A stretch of 41,435 bases of DNA from Bacteroidales bacterium (GTDB taxonomy: Bacteria; Bacteroidota; Bacteroidia; Bacteroidales; Paludibacteraceae). The stretch spans positions 1 through 41,435 of the forward strand of contig JAGHSG010000055.1 in the NCBI GenBank assembly GCA_018066005.1. The letters run 5' to 3'. The position numbers were made by a program, and so were the translations under genes. Below the pieces are notes generated by a model. The model saw only the letters and a program-made list of their open reading frames with translations, did not search any database and was not told the origin of the DNA. Shown in pieces: positions 1-9,133 of this stretch (position 1 is its first letter; each line of letters opens with the position of its first letter).

Positions 1-141
1 TATGGACAGATTGCACACCTGTTACGCACCCGTGCGCCGGTCGCCGCCAACGGTATTGCTACCATCGCGCTGCCCCTCGACTTGCATGTGTTAGGCCTGT
101 CGCTAGCGTTCATCCTGAGCCAGGATCAAACTCTTCGTTGT
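1..141 (-). rRNA. rrs: 16S rRNA gene, 5' end only (continues past the left window edge)
   Basis: The reverse complement of about 60-134 reads AGAGTTTGATCCTGGCTCAGGATGAACGCTAGCGACAGGCCTAACACATGCAAGTCGAGGGGCAGC. This is the universal 27F site plus a Bacteroidota-type 5' domain. The mature 5' end is placed by analogy, about 7 nt upstream of AGAGTTTG. Confidence 0.95.
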
Positions 142-335
142 AAAATAATTATAATCTCGCTCAGAATAATCGATTTATTAAATAAGTGTACTTGACAGGG
201 AACTTATTTTTTCCCAAATTACTTGTACTACATCTATTGTTTCAATCTTTCAAAGGTCACTTTTTCAAGCGGATTTCTATTCGAAATCATTGTGTATTTT
301 CGTAGGCCGAAGCGTTTTCGGCGCGAAATCGGATG

Positions 336-367
336 CAAAATTACAACAAATTTTTGACATGACCAAA
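336..367 (-). promoter_or_regulatory. Proximal rRNA promoter (Bacteroides-type -33 TTTG / -7 TAnnTTTG)
   Basis: On the minus strand, TAATTTTG lies at 343-336 and TTTG at 367-364, with 20 nt between them. It is oriented toward the 16S gene. Confidence 0.55.
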
Positions 368-482
368 TTTTTTTGCATTTTTTTTGAAAAAAGTTTGTAA
401 GTCATTGATTATCAGTATGCATCTTTTTCACTCTTTTCGGGCACTTTTTCGGGACGCTTCCCGTAGTGGGCGAAAAGGACTG

Positions 483-514
483 CAAAGGTACTGCTTTTTT
501 TGGAACTGACCAAA
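483..514 (-). promoter_or_regulatory. Distal rRNA promoter (Bacteroides-type -33/-7) with an A/T-rich upstream tract
   Basis: On the minus strand, TACCTTTG lies at 490-483 and TTTG at 514-511, with 20-nt spacing. Long T-runs on the minus strand at 517-540 resemble an UP element. Confidence 0.6.
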
Positions 515-646
515 TAAAAAGATAAAAAACGTAAAAAAAAGTTAGACACCTTTATATATAATATACGCGCGCACGCGTACGCGTATGGGTATGTCACGAA
601 AATTCTTTAGTAATATTACACAAATACCATACAGATGGTATAGAAA

Positions 647-686
647 GAACCCGTAGGGAACCCGCTATGAACCCGCTATGAACCCG
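647..686. repeat. Four GAACCCG heptamers spaced exactly 11 bp apart
   Basis: GAACCCG starts at 647, 658, 669 and 680. Two units (GAACCCGCTAT) are identical. A hairpin, ATACCAT-ACAG-ATGGTAT, lies next to it at 624-641. Confidence 0.9.
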
Positions 687-696
687 TTAAATCCCC

Positions 697-735
697 GAAA
701 AAAATCCGGACCGCTAAGCAGTCCGGATTTTTGGG
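697..735 (-). terminator. Intrinsic terminator downstream of rpoD (could act in both directions)
   Basis: A 12-bp stem AAAAATCCGGAC / GTCCGGATTTTT (700-711 and 721-732) has a 9-nt loop. The minus-strand RNA ends in a U-run. It sits immediately 3' of the rpoD stop at 739. Confidence 0.8.
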
Positions 736-738
736 GTC

Positions 739-1602
739 TTAACCTAAATACGTTTTGAGAATTCTGGATTTAGATGAAGAGTGCAGTTTTTTAATTGCTT
801 TTTCCTTAATCTGGCGAACACGCTCGCGTGTGAGGTGCAAGTCATCGCCAATCTCTTCAAGCGTTTTTTCCGGCATTCCGATGCCAAAGAACTTGCGCAG
901 GATGTCTGCTTCACGCGCGGTAAGTGTGTTCAGCGCACGGTCTATCTCGCGGGACAAAGACTCATTAATCAGTCCGCGGTCAGCGTTGGGGCTGTCCTCG
1001 TTAACCATAACGTCGATTAGGCAGTTATCCTCACCCTCAACAACAAAAGGAGCGTCCACCGATACGTGACGGCCGGACATTTTGAGAGTGTCAGCGATTT
1101 TATCTACCGGGATGTCCAGCACTTCGGCCAGTTCTTCGGCAGACGGTTTGCGCTCGTGCTCTTGCTCAAAGCGCTGATAAGCTTTGTTGATTTTGTTCAG
1201 CGAGCCGACTTGGTTAAGCGGCAGGCGGACGATACGAGACTGTTCGGCCAAAGCTTGAAGGATAGATTGACGTATCCACCAAACAGCGTAGGAAATGAAC
1301 TTAAAGCCGCGCGTTTCATCGAATTTCTCAGCTGCTTTAATAAGCCCTAAATTGCCTTCATTAATCAAGTCAGGTAAACTAAGTCCTTGATTCTGATACT
1401 GTTTTGCTACAGAAACGACGAAACGGAGGTTAGCTCTGGTCAGGCGTTCGAGTGCGGCGCGGTCGCCGTTACGAATACGTCCTGCCAATTCCACTTCCTC
1501 TTCAACCGTGACGAGGTCTTCACGACCAATCTCCTGGAGATACTTATCCAGAGACGCCGACTCACGGTTGGTGATTGATTTAGTAATTTTAAGTTGACGC
1601 AT
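739..1602 (-). CDS. rpoD: Primary RNA polymerase sigma factor (sigma-70 family, Bacteroidota 287-aa type)
   Basis: Full ORF. It carries region 2 ([18 protein letters not shown]...[11 protein letters not shown]) and region 4 (TLEEIG...[17 protein letters not shown]). Confidence 0.96.
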   Translation of the reverse strand: MRQLKITKSITNRESASLDKYLQEIGREDLVTVEEEVELAGRIRNGDRAALERLTRANLRFVVSVAKQYQNQGLSLPDLINEGNLGLIKAAEKFDETRGFKFISYAVWWIRQSILQALAEQSRIVRLPLNQVGSLNKINKAYQRFEQEHERKPSAEELAEVLDIPVDKIADTLKMSGRHVSVDAPFVVEGEDNCLIDVMVNEDSPNADRGLINESLSREIDRALNTLTAREADILRKFFGIGMPEKTLEEIGDDLHLTRERVRQIKEKAIKKLHSSSKSRILKTYLG

Positions 1603-1623
1603 AATAAAATATTGTGTCTTTTG

Positions 1624-1697
1624 TGATCCGGCCGGGAGTCGAACCCGGGACCCACAGCTTAGAAGGCTGTTGCTCTATCCAACTGAGCTACCGGACC
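1624..1697 (-). tRNA. tRNA-Arg (anticodon TCT)
   Basis: A 74-nt cloverleaf read by hand: acceptor GGTCCGG/CCGGATC, D-arm GCTC-AGTTGGATA-GAGC, anticodon stem ACAGC/GCTGT with loop CTTCTAA, and T-arm CCGGG-TTCGACT-CCCGG. The discriminator is A and no CCA is encoded. Confidence 0.93.
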
Positions 1698-1859
1698 CTC
1701 GCGTTCGGCAAACGGGCGCTTTTGTCGATACCGTCCACTAAATCGACGGGCGCACCATTGCCTCCGCTCTCCGAAAAAATCAAGATTTTTTCGGGTTTTT
1801 ATTTTCCTAATCTTAACCTTATAATGCAATTTAAACCATTATACGGCAAAATAGGGCTG

Positions 1860-1891
1860 CAAAGGTACACTTTTTTTATGACATTTGCAAA
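1860..1891 (-). promoter_or_regulatory. Bacteroides-type promoter facing tRNA-Arg and rpoD
   Basis: On the minus strand, TACCTTTG lies at 1867-1860 and TTTG at 1891-1888, with 20-nt spacing. It begins 18 nt past the thioredoxin stop. Confidence 0.6.
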
Positions 1892-1908
1892 TTTTTCGTC
1901 AAAAAACT

Positions 1909-2223
1909 TTACAAAAGTGTATCCAGAGCTTTTTCCAAGTCAGGTTTGCGGGCGGCACCGACGTGGCGGTCCACCAACTCACCATTCTTAAACATCAGCA
2001 TCGTGGGGATGTTCATAATGCCAAATTCCTCACACGTATCCGGATTATCATCCACGTTCAGTTTGCCGACGCGGATACGTCCTTCATACTCGGTTGCTAA
2101 CTCATCCACAATGGGAAGCATCATCTTGCAAGGCCCACACCACGGAGCCCAAAAATCTACCACGAGGGGAGTGCCCTCGCCTACCAACTCCTTTAAGTTG
2201 GCATCTGTTACTTCTAAAGTCAT
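1909..2223 (-). CDS. trxA: Thioredoxin
   Basis: 104 aa with the WCGPC active site and typical thioredoxin length and fold pattern. Its start overlaps the upstream stop by 4 nt (ATGA). Confidence 0.95.
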   Translation of the reverse strand: MTLEVTDANLKELVGEGTPLVVDFWAPWCGPCKMMLPIVDELATEYEGRIRVGKLNVDDNPDTCEEFGIMNIPTMLMFKNGELVDRHVGAARKPDLEKALDTLL

Positions 2224-4583
2224 AATGTATTTATTTTTATATTTTTTATTTCAGGATCACGCATCAGTTGGTCGGTAATCTGGTCTTCCAGACCCGCTTG
2301 CACCGCCCTTTTGACGGGTCGGGCACCCATCTTGGGGTTATACGCTTTTTCCAACAGTTGCTTCTTGGCAGCAGCCGAAACAGACAGACGATGTCCCTGT
2401 TCAAGCAGTCGTTTTTGCAGCAACGACACCTCTATATCTATTATGCGCGCGATGTGCTCACGCGTAAGCGGCGCAAAGGTGATAATGTCGTCAATACGGT
2501 TCACAAACTCCGGCGGGAAGGTCTTCTCCAACGCTTTCTTCATCGTCTGTTCGGCAACCGTTTGTGTCACCTCGCCGGACTCAAAGCCCACGCCGGCACC
2601 AAAATCGTTCAACTGCCTTGTTCCTACATTAGATGTCAGGATAATAATCGTATTGCGGAAATCAACCGAACGTCCCTGACGGTCTGTCATCCGACCCTCA
2701 TCCAGCACCTGCAAAAGGACATTGAAAATGTCCGGATGGGCTTTCTCTATCTCATCAAACAGCACAATCGAATAGGGGCGACGGCGAACAGCCTCGGTCA
2801 GTTTACCGCCCTCCTCGTGTGCTATATACCCCGGAGGCGCTCCCACCAACAGCGAGACGGTATGTTTCTCCATATATTCCGACATATCAAAGCGGATGAC
2901 AGCATCCCGCGAGCCGAACATCTCTTCTGCCAAGCACTGTGCCAAGTAGGTCTTGCCGACACCTGTCGGACCCAGGAAGAAGAAAGTCCCTATCGGACGG
3001 CGGGGGTCACGCAACCCCAGACGCGAACGGCGAATAGCCCGTACGACGCGGTCGATGGCCTGGTCCTGACCCATAATACGACGGTGCAGCGCCTCCGGCA
3101 GAGCCATTAACTGCTCATTTTCCTTGCGAGCCACCCGCTGAACAGGCACGCCCGACATGACGCTGACCACACGCGCTATATCTTCCGCCGTCACCACTTT
3201 GGACGTGCATCGCGCACCTGCCTCGTCCATAGCGTCGATGGCTTTGTCGGGCAGAGCACGGTCGGTGATGTAACGCTCCGTGAGCACAGCACAGGCCTGC
3301 AAAGCTTCGTCGGTGTAAATCTTGCGGTGATGGTCGCTGTACGAAGACCTCAAACCGTGCAGTATTTGAACGGTCTCATCAATCGTTGTGGGCCGAACGG
3401 TCACTTTTTGGAAACGCCGTTCCAAAGCGGCATCTTTCTCGATGGACAGACGATATTCAGCCGTCGTGGTGGCACCAATGCACTGCACTTCGCCCCGCGA
3501 CAGAGCCGGTTTGAGTATATTGGCGGCATCCAACGAACCGGACGCGTTGCCGGCACCTATGATGGTGTGTATTTCGTCGATGAACAGGATGATTTCGGGA
3601 TGGTTGAACAGTTCGTCCACAATATCTTTCATCCGCTCCTCAAACTGTCCGCGGTAAGTCGTACCTGCCACAATAGAAGCCATATCCAACGCCACAACAC
3701 GCAATTTATTCAGGTGTTTGGACTTGGACTTGACCCATTTCAGTGCCAGCCCTTCCACAATAGCCGTCTTACCCACGCCGGCGTCGCCTATCAGGATAGG
3801 GTTATTCTTCTTGCGACGCGCCAGAATCTGCTCCAACCTGTTTATCTCCGCACGGCGACCGATGACGGGGTCCAATAAGCCCTCGCGTGCCATCTGTGTC
3901 AAGTCGCGACTGAAATAATCCAAGGCGGGCGTATCCGACTCGGGTTCTTTGGGCGGCTCGTTATTGCCGTTATCTTCGGGCACATCGGGCGTCGGCATAT
4001 CCGACTTGCGTCCCGGGCGCGAGTTGAGCAACAGGAAACCAGCACCTGCTATGTGCGAGAATAAACTATTTGCCATACGCTCTGCCTCCTTGGCAAACTC
4101 TTTCTCTTCCTCCTCATCGGGACGGGGCTTCTCCACCGCCGAATCCAGACGTTCGGCAGGGTGCGGATACAGCCGCTCTATCGAGTTATAATTGATATTA
4201 TAATCCCTGTTCAGCAACATAGCCGGGTAGTTAGCCCGCTCTTGCAGCAGCGCCAACAGGATGTGCACCGACCCGCACGCGTTCGCCTGGTAAGCCTCAC
4301 GCTCCAACATAGCCATCCGCAGAATAAGAGATGTCGTGTCCGTGAAATCGGGATGAATAGGCGGATTAGGAGTCAGCGTTCTCAGTTGGAGATTCTCCTC
4401 CAAGTTTTGTTTGAGTTCGGTGAACATCACCCCACTGCGGCAAAGCAACTCAAACGCCTTGCCCTCTTGCAAACGCAATATGCCCAGCATCAGATGCTCC
4501 GGCCCCAGCAGCACGTTGTGCAGACGGCCGACCTCCTCCGAGGCGTATTGCATAATCTTATTAAAATTTTGTGTATAGTTCAT
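2220..4583 (-). CDS. Class I AAA+ Clp/Hsp100 ATPase, ClpC-type (ATP-dependent Clp protease ATP-binding subunit)
   Basis: 787 aa with an N-terminal Clp repeat domain and two Walker A motifs ([15 protein letters not shown] and [15 protein letters not shown]). There is no long ClpB-type middle domain. A VGF tripeptide follows TSNVG in the second ATPase domain, at the position of the ClpP-docking loop in ClpC. Confidence 0.9.
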   Translation of the reverse strand: MNYTQNFNKIMQYASEEVGRLHNVLLGPEHLMLGILRLQEGKAFELLCRSGVMFTELKQNLEENLQLRTLTPNPPIHPDFTDTTSLILRMAMLEREAYQANACGSVHILLALLQERANYPAMLLNRDYNINYNSIERLYPHPAERLDSAVEKPRPDEEEEKEFAKEAERMANSLFSHIAGAGFLLLNSRPGRKSDMPTPDVPEDNGNNEPPKEPESDTPALDYFSRDLTQMAREGLLDPVIGRRAEINRLEQILARRKKNNPILIGDAGVGKTAIVEGLALKWVKSKSKHLNKLRVVALDMASIVAGTTYRGQFEERMKDIVDELFNHPEIILFIDEIHTIIGAGNASGSLDAANILKPALSRGEVQCIGATTTAEYRLSIEKDAALERRFQKVTVRPTTIDETVQILHGLRSSYSDHHRKIYTDEALQACAVLTERYITDRALPDKAIDAMDEAGARCTSKVVTAEDIARVVSVMSGVPVQRVARKENEQLMALPEALHRRIMGQDQAIDRVVRAIRRSRLGLRDPRRPIGTFFFLGPTGVGKTYLAQCLAEEMFGSRDAVIRFDMSEYMEKHTVSLLVGAPPGYIAHEEGGKLTEAVRRRPYSIVLFDEIEKAHPDIFNVLLQVLDEGRMTDRQGRSVDFRNTIIILTSNVGTRQLNDFGAGVGFESGEVTQTVAEQTMKKALEKTFPPEFVNRIDDIITFAPLTREHIARIIDIEVSLLQKRLLEQGHRLSVSAAAKKQLLEKAYNPKMGARPVKRAVQAGLEDQITDQLMRDPEIKNIKINTL

Positions 4584-6604
4584 TACTTATAAAAATGGAA
4601 TGCCAGTCCGGCACGAAAAACATCAGGGTTATTAGGATATGTCGGCATCGAGAAATAGTAGCGCGACATAAACGTCGTATTGAAATGCTCATACATCGCG
4701 AAGAAACGCAGGTGCAACAAGCGCACATAGAAATTGACATACACGTTCAGCGTCGGATAGTTACCCACTTTCTCCTCCGTCTGTGCGCAGAACTGACCCA
4801 GAGCAGGGTCCCAAATGGGCGCATAATACGTGGTGTTATACTTCAAATCCACACCTATCTGCGCATCCAACGCCTTGAACCACGTGCCGTGATAATACAG
4901 GTTGGAGTAGAGCGCTATCATAGGAACGGCTATGTATTCCGACGATGAATACTGGTAAATAACGTGGTTATCCCAGTTAATCCAAGGTGTCGTCAGGTTG
5001 AGTTGCATATCTACCGCCAGCAACGAGATAGAACCTTTGGTCATCTGTTGCGGGCCCGGAGCCCCGTGCTCAAAATAGATATACTTGGATATATTTTCAT
5101 AATCCACTTTGACACGCGGCGTCACCCACTGGGTCGGATAAGCCACCTGACCGCCGATGTGCAGTTTATATGATTTAGCAAAGTCGTTCTGCTTATCCGT
5201 CACCTTGTTATATCCCCAGCGGTAGTGGTTGCTGTTGTAGTGCAGCAGGTAATAATTAGGTGTCTCGTTGCGGAAAGACGCCTCGGCACGAAGGGTCAGC
5301 GTGTCCTTGCCCAACTGAAAACGGCCGTCCAGATGACCGTACACGTCAAACTGACCTATCTTGTACCCGTACAGGCACACCTCACCGCCAAAACCGTAAT
5401 ACACGTACTTACCCCTGTTCTTGTACAACTCACCGCCGACAAAGATATTGTTTTGCCACGTGTAATTATACTTATTGTCCGCCATGTGGTGCAGCGGTTG
5501 CGACAAGTAAGCATTGTAATCCAATCCAACCTGCGAAAAATCGTTATACTCCGTCGTGGCATTCAGGAATCGCTGCGCCTCGTGAGTAGCAAAGACCGTT
5601 GCACCGAATTTGAGTTTGGTGTTGAACTCCTCCTCAAAGGTCGCCGACAGTGTGTTACGAATAGTCAGCGTAGCCGCCGAGTCCAACGTCGAAGTCAGGT
5701 TGCGGTAACAATTCGGATAGAACTCCTGCCTACTCTGCTCCTTATACCGACGGGTCTGCTCATTCGTCTCAAAGACGTGACGGAAAGTCATCACGGGCAC
5801 ATAAACAACCTTCGTCGAGTCCAACTCGACCCACTTGCCGCGTTTGTCGCGCTCCTTGTAATGAACGGTCTCCTCACGCTCCACGCAGATGCTGTAATAG
5901 TGGTTCAGATACCCCGCCAGATAGCGATACCCCGTCATACCCTCCATATTGGTGGCAATATCTTCCGTCTTCATCTCCTTGTCCCTAATCTGCGACGGGT
6001 CGACCAGACCGCCGTTCTCGAAGGTACTCATCCTATTGAACGTGAACGCCGCTTGCAGACTGTAATGGTTGCCGTTATACGACGTGAACGCCGTGCCGTT
6101 GAACGTCTTTCCCGCCTGCGACTTGTAATGACCCACCGCGTTGGTGAAGTTCAACGTCGTACCGAAATTCCAACGGGGCGTGATATTGCCCGTGAACAGG
6201 AACTTCAACTCGTCATCCTCGTGGTACGTCTTGAAACCGCGCTTGTAGGATATATACGAATAAGGTGTCGTCGTGTTGTAGAAATGAACGGTCTGCGGGG
6301 TCGGCGTATAGATATCATACGCGTCGCCGAACAGGAAATCCGTGCGGTGCGTGCGGTCAAAATAAATAGCCGACATAGCAGGGGAAATGAGGTTGCCGTT
6401 GAATAAGTTGCATATACTCAAATCATACAACTCGTTACGCATGGCAAAGTTCATAAACGAACTATCCACAGGCACCGTATCCGCCAATTCCAACGGACGC
6501 GGCAACTCCCACGAACGGATAACCGTCTTAGGGAGTTTATTCTTGGCCGTCAAGGGCACACACACCATCAACAGCAACAGACCATATATCCTACTCCTGC
6601 GCAC
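4583..6604 (-). CDS. Outer-membrane beta-barrel protein (putative porin family of Bacteroidota)
   Basis: 673 aa with a signal peptide (MRRSRIYGLLLLMVCVPLTA) and an aromatic-rich alternating strand pattern throughout. The family assignment is from memory only. Its stop shares 1 nt with the next start (TAATG). Confidence 0.7.
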   Translation of the reverse strand: MRRSRIYGLLLLMVCVPLTAKNKLPKTVIRSWELPRPLELADTVPVDSSFMNFAMRNELYDLSICNLFNGNLISPAMSAIYFDRTHRTDFLFGDAYDIYTPTPQTVHFYNTTTPYSYISYKRGFKTYHEDDELKFLFTGNITPRWNFGTTLNFTNAVGHYKSQAGKTFNGTAFTSYNGNHYSLQAAFTFNRMSTFENGGLVDPSQIRDKEMKTEDIATNMEGMTGYRYLAGYLNHYYSICVEREETVHYKERDKRGKWVELDSTKVVYVPVMTFRHVFETNEQTRRYKEQSRQEFYPNCYRNLTSTLDSAATLTIRNTLSATFEEEFNTKLKFGATVFATHEAQRFLNATTEYNDFSQVGLDYNAYLSQPLHHMADNKYNYTWQNNIFVGGELYKNRGKYVYYGFGGEVCLYGYKIGQFDVYGHLDGRFQLGKDTLTLRAEASFRNETPNYYLLHYNSNHYRWGYNKVTDKQNDFAKSYKLHIGGQVAYPTQWVTPRVKVDYENISKYIYFEHGAPGPQQMTKGSISLLAVDMQLNLTTPWINWDNHVIYQYSSSEYIAVPMIALYSNLYYHGTWFKALDAQIGVDLKYNTTYYAPIWDPALGQFCAQTEEKVGNYPTLNVYVNFYVRLLHLRFFAMYEHFNTTFMSRYYFSMPTYPNNPDVFRAGLAFHFYK

Positions 6605-7879
6605 CTACTTCTTTTTCCTCAACTTGCGAATCTCCGCATTCAGGTCTGCTATCTCTTTCTCTTGATTGGTAATCGTTTTCAGCAGCGAGTTCAGTTCCTC
6701 GTTCTCGATGGTCGTCGGGTACTGCTCGTCCACGCGCTGCAAGAAATCGCTCAGCACGTTCATATAGTTAATGAACGCGTCGTATGCCGACTCAAACGTC
6801 GATGACCCTTGGTCGATATGGTTCATATAATGCAGGAAATTGGCATCCTGCAACAGGGTCCAGTCACGTTTCAAACCCTTGTCCTGACACAGGTGAACAC
6901 GCTCCGTCACGGCGTAGAACTTATTCGTTGCCTCCTGCTGCAAATCGTTACCTAAGAACGTGCTCAAATCCTTGCCCTCGCCCGTCCACGTCAGCGGATA
7001 CGGCGACACGATAGGTTCGGTAACTGTCATCTTCTTGGCGGCCTCGGCGGGGGTCAGGAACGTCATACCCTGCTCAATGGCATAGTAAGGCAACGCTTTC
7101 ATAAACTCAAAGATACCCGTACCCTCCGTCTGCATGATACCAAACGTCTCAGCACCCATCCACAGGTTAACCAACTGCTCCGACTCGGGAGTGGAAGCCA
7201 ACTTATTCACAAATTTCTCTGCATCCATCGGGAAATCTGCCCAATTGGGGTCGCTGAAATGGAAACTCAACGCATCACTCAAACCCGCATTGCGCAGCAG
7301 CAACGACTGCTTATTCGATATGCAGGTCGAATACAGATAATTGGCCGACTTGTACGACAAGATATGCTTGGCACCTTCGCTCATAATCGTCTTGTAACCC
7401 CATTTCAACGCCTGCTCGGCTATCTCGTCCGAATAGAGCAACTCGGTGTTCCACAACGTGTTAGACGTAACGCCCAACACATCGCTCACCTTGTCGGCGT
7501 GCTGCTTCAACTGCTCCTCGAACTCCGACGGGTTGCACTGTGCCGCCAAGGAATACGAATAAGGAACACGGACGAACTCCACACATTTGGTGGCTGCCAG
7601 GTCCTTCAGCACGTCTATCATCTCCGGCACAAACTGCTCAAACAATTCCAGCATAGTACCACTAACCGCCAAACCGCAGTGGAACTTGTTCTTACTCAAC
7701 CTAATCATCTCGCGAATGGTCTTGCACAAAGGCATATACGACGTGTTAGTCAACCACGTTATATACTCCTCCGTGGCCATATCATCGTAATAATAATGGT
7801 CTTGCCCTATCTCAAAAAAACGGTATCTTTTCAACCGATACGGGGCATGCATTTGAAAACAAAAACAGATATTCTTCAT
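6605..7879 (-). CDS. Glycoside hydrolase family 57 alpha-glucan-active enzyme
   Basis: 424 aa. The N-terminus (ICFCFQMHAPYRLKRYRFF...) is typical of GH57 proteins found in Bacteroidota glycogen clusters. The C-terminus has a coiled-coil tail. Confidence 0.85.
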   Translation of the reverse strand: MKNICFCFQMHAPYRLKRYRFFEIGQDHYYYDDMATEEYITWLTNTSYMPLCKTIREMIRLSKNKFHCGLAVSGTMLELFEQFVPEMIDVLKDLAATKCVEFVRVPYSYSLAAQCNPSEFEEQLKQHADKVSDVLGVTSNTLWNTELLYSDEIAEQALKWGYKTIMSEGAKHILSYKSANYLYSTCISNKQSLLLRNAGLSDALSFHFSDPNWADFPMDAEKFVNKLASTPESEQLVNLWMGAETFGIMQTEGTGIFEFMKALPYYAIEQGMTFLTPAEAAKKMTVTEPIVSPYPLTWTGEGKDLSTFLGNDLQQEATNKFYAVTERVHLCQDKGLKRDWTLLQDANFLHYMNHIDQGSSTFESAYDAFINYMNVLSDFLQRVDEQYPTTIENEELNSLLKTITNQEKEIADLNAEIRKLRKKK

Positions 7880-7895
7880 ATTTCTTAATTATTTA

Positions 7896-7994
7896 TTCTA
7901 TTAGGCGACCTCGTCGCCGTTCTATTAGCAAGCTCTGCTTGCGTTCTATTAGGCAGCTTGCTGCCGTTCTATTAGGGCTCTGCCCGTTCTATTC
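7896..7994 (-). repeat. Tandem array of a constant linker plus four variable GC-rich mini-hairpins (intergenic, within the operon)
   Basis: On the plus strand, TTCTATTA starts at 7896, 7920, 7944 and 7967, and TTCTATTC at 7987. Between them lie GGCGAC-CTC-GTCGCC, GCAAGC-TCT-GCTTGC, GGCAGC-TT-GCTGCC and GGGC-TCT-GCCC. The sense (minus) strand linker is UAAUAGAAC. Confidence 0.92.
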
Positions 7995-9133
7995 TACCAT
8001 CCTAACACGCGATCATAAATCGCTCTCACTTTCAGTCCGGCGTCGTACCAGCGGATATTATTCACTTCTTCCCGACCCAACTCGCTCAGCGACTTGTACA
8101 TGGCGGGGTACTTGACAATAGCATAGATAGCGTCCGCCATCGCGTCTATATCCCAGTAATCGGTCTTGATAGCATGACTCAAAATCTCCGCACAACCCGA
8201 CTGATAACTGATAATACTCGGACAACCTACCTGCATAGCCTCCAACGGAGAGATACCGAAAGGCTCACTCACACTCGGCATAATATAGACATCCGAGTCC
8301 GCCAATATCTGCTGAACCTGACTGCCGCGCATAAAGCCCGGGAAATGGAATTTGTCCGCTATACCGCGTTTAGCCACCAAATCAATCATCTCAGCCATCT
8401 TGTCGCCGCTACCCGCCATAACAAAACGCACGCCGTCCGTCTTCTCCAACACGCGAGCCGCAGCCTCCACAAAGTACTCCGGACCTTTCTGCATCGTGAT
8501 ACGGCCTAAAAAAGTAACTAACTTATCCTTCCTCGGATGCTTCTTAAAATCTTCCGGATTGGGCAAAGGTTCCACGGCATTGTGCACCGTACTCACCTTG
8601 TCCGGATGCTGACCGTATTTCTCAATCACCGTCCGGCGCGTCAGGTTGCTCACGCACATAATATGGTCCGCCTCGTCCATACCCCGACGCTCAATAGCAT
8701 ATACCGTGGGGTTGACATTACCGCGACTGCGGTCAAAATCCGTGGCATGAACGTGGATAACCAACGGCTTACCCGTGATATGCTTGACGGCTACGCCTGC
8801 CGGATAAGTCAACCAGTCGTGACTGTGAATAATATCAAACTGCTCCCGATAAGCCAACTGAGCCGCTACGGCCTCGTAGTTGCCTATCTCCTCCACCAAA
8901 TTATCCGGATAGCGACCCGAGAACTCGATACATCCCCTGCCCGGCACATCCACACTGTTGGCACCTATGATACGCAGGAAAGACTGGTCCTCGTCGCCCC
9001 ACGGACGGGGCAACACAAACGTAATATCCATATCCGGCTGCTGCGCCATACCGCGCGTCAAACCGTAACTGGCGGTGCCGAGACCGCCCAAGATATGCGG
9101 GGGAAACTCCCAACCAAACATCAATGCTCTCAT
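7994..9133 (-). CDS. GT4-family (GT-B) glycosyltransferase, probable alpha-glucan synthase
   Basis: 379 aa with the EX7E-type motif SEPFGISPLEAMQVGCP. It sits between the GH57 and debranching-type genes, and the upstream stop overlaps its start by 4 nt. Confidence 0.85.
   Translation of the reverse strand: MRALMFGWEFPPHILGGLGTASYGLTRGMAQQPDMDITFVLPRPWGDEDQSFLRIIGANSVDVPGRGCIEFSGRYPDNLVEEIGNYEAVAAQLAYREQFDIIHSHDWLTYPAGVAVKHITGKPLVIHVHATDFDRSRGNVNPTVYAIERRGMDEADHIMCVSNLTRRTVIEKYGQHPDKVSTVHNAVEPLPNPEDFKKHPRKDKLVTFLGRITMQKGPEYFVEAAARVLEKTDGVRFVMAGSGDKMAEMIDLVAKRGIADKFHFPGFMRGSQVQQILADSDVYIMPSVSEPFGISPLEAMQVGCPSIISYQSGCAEILSHAIKTDYWDIDAMADAIYAIVKYPAMYKSLSELGREEVNNIRWYDAGLKVRAIYDRVLGW

Noticed and set aside
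412-597. 61-aa ORF on the minus strand between the 16S gene and rpoD
   Set aside because: It overlaps the rRNA promoter, A/T tracts and the alternating CG tract. Its composition is low-complexity and hydrophobic, and it has no plausible start context. It is almost certainly non-coding.
1771-1794. Perfect A/T-rich hairpin (CCGAAAAAATC/GATTTTTTCGG) as the terminator of the clpC-trx operon
   Set aside because: The U-tract follows the hairpin only on the plus strand, whereas every flanking gene is on the minus strand. It also lies downstream of the tRNA promoter. I kept it as a note within the tRNA/rpoD leader finding rather than calling it a terminator.
7896-7994. Possible CRISPR array, given conserved repeats alternating with variable segments
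   Set aside because: The repeat is only 8-10 nt and the 'spacers' are 10-16 nt, and each spacer is a perfect palindrome. No cas genes or leader are present, and the array lies inside an operon. The geometry is wrong for CRISPR.
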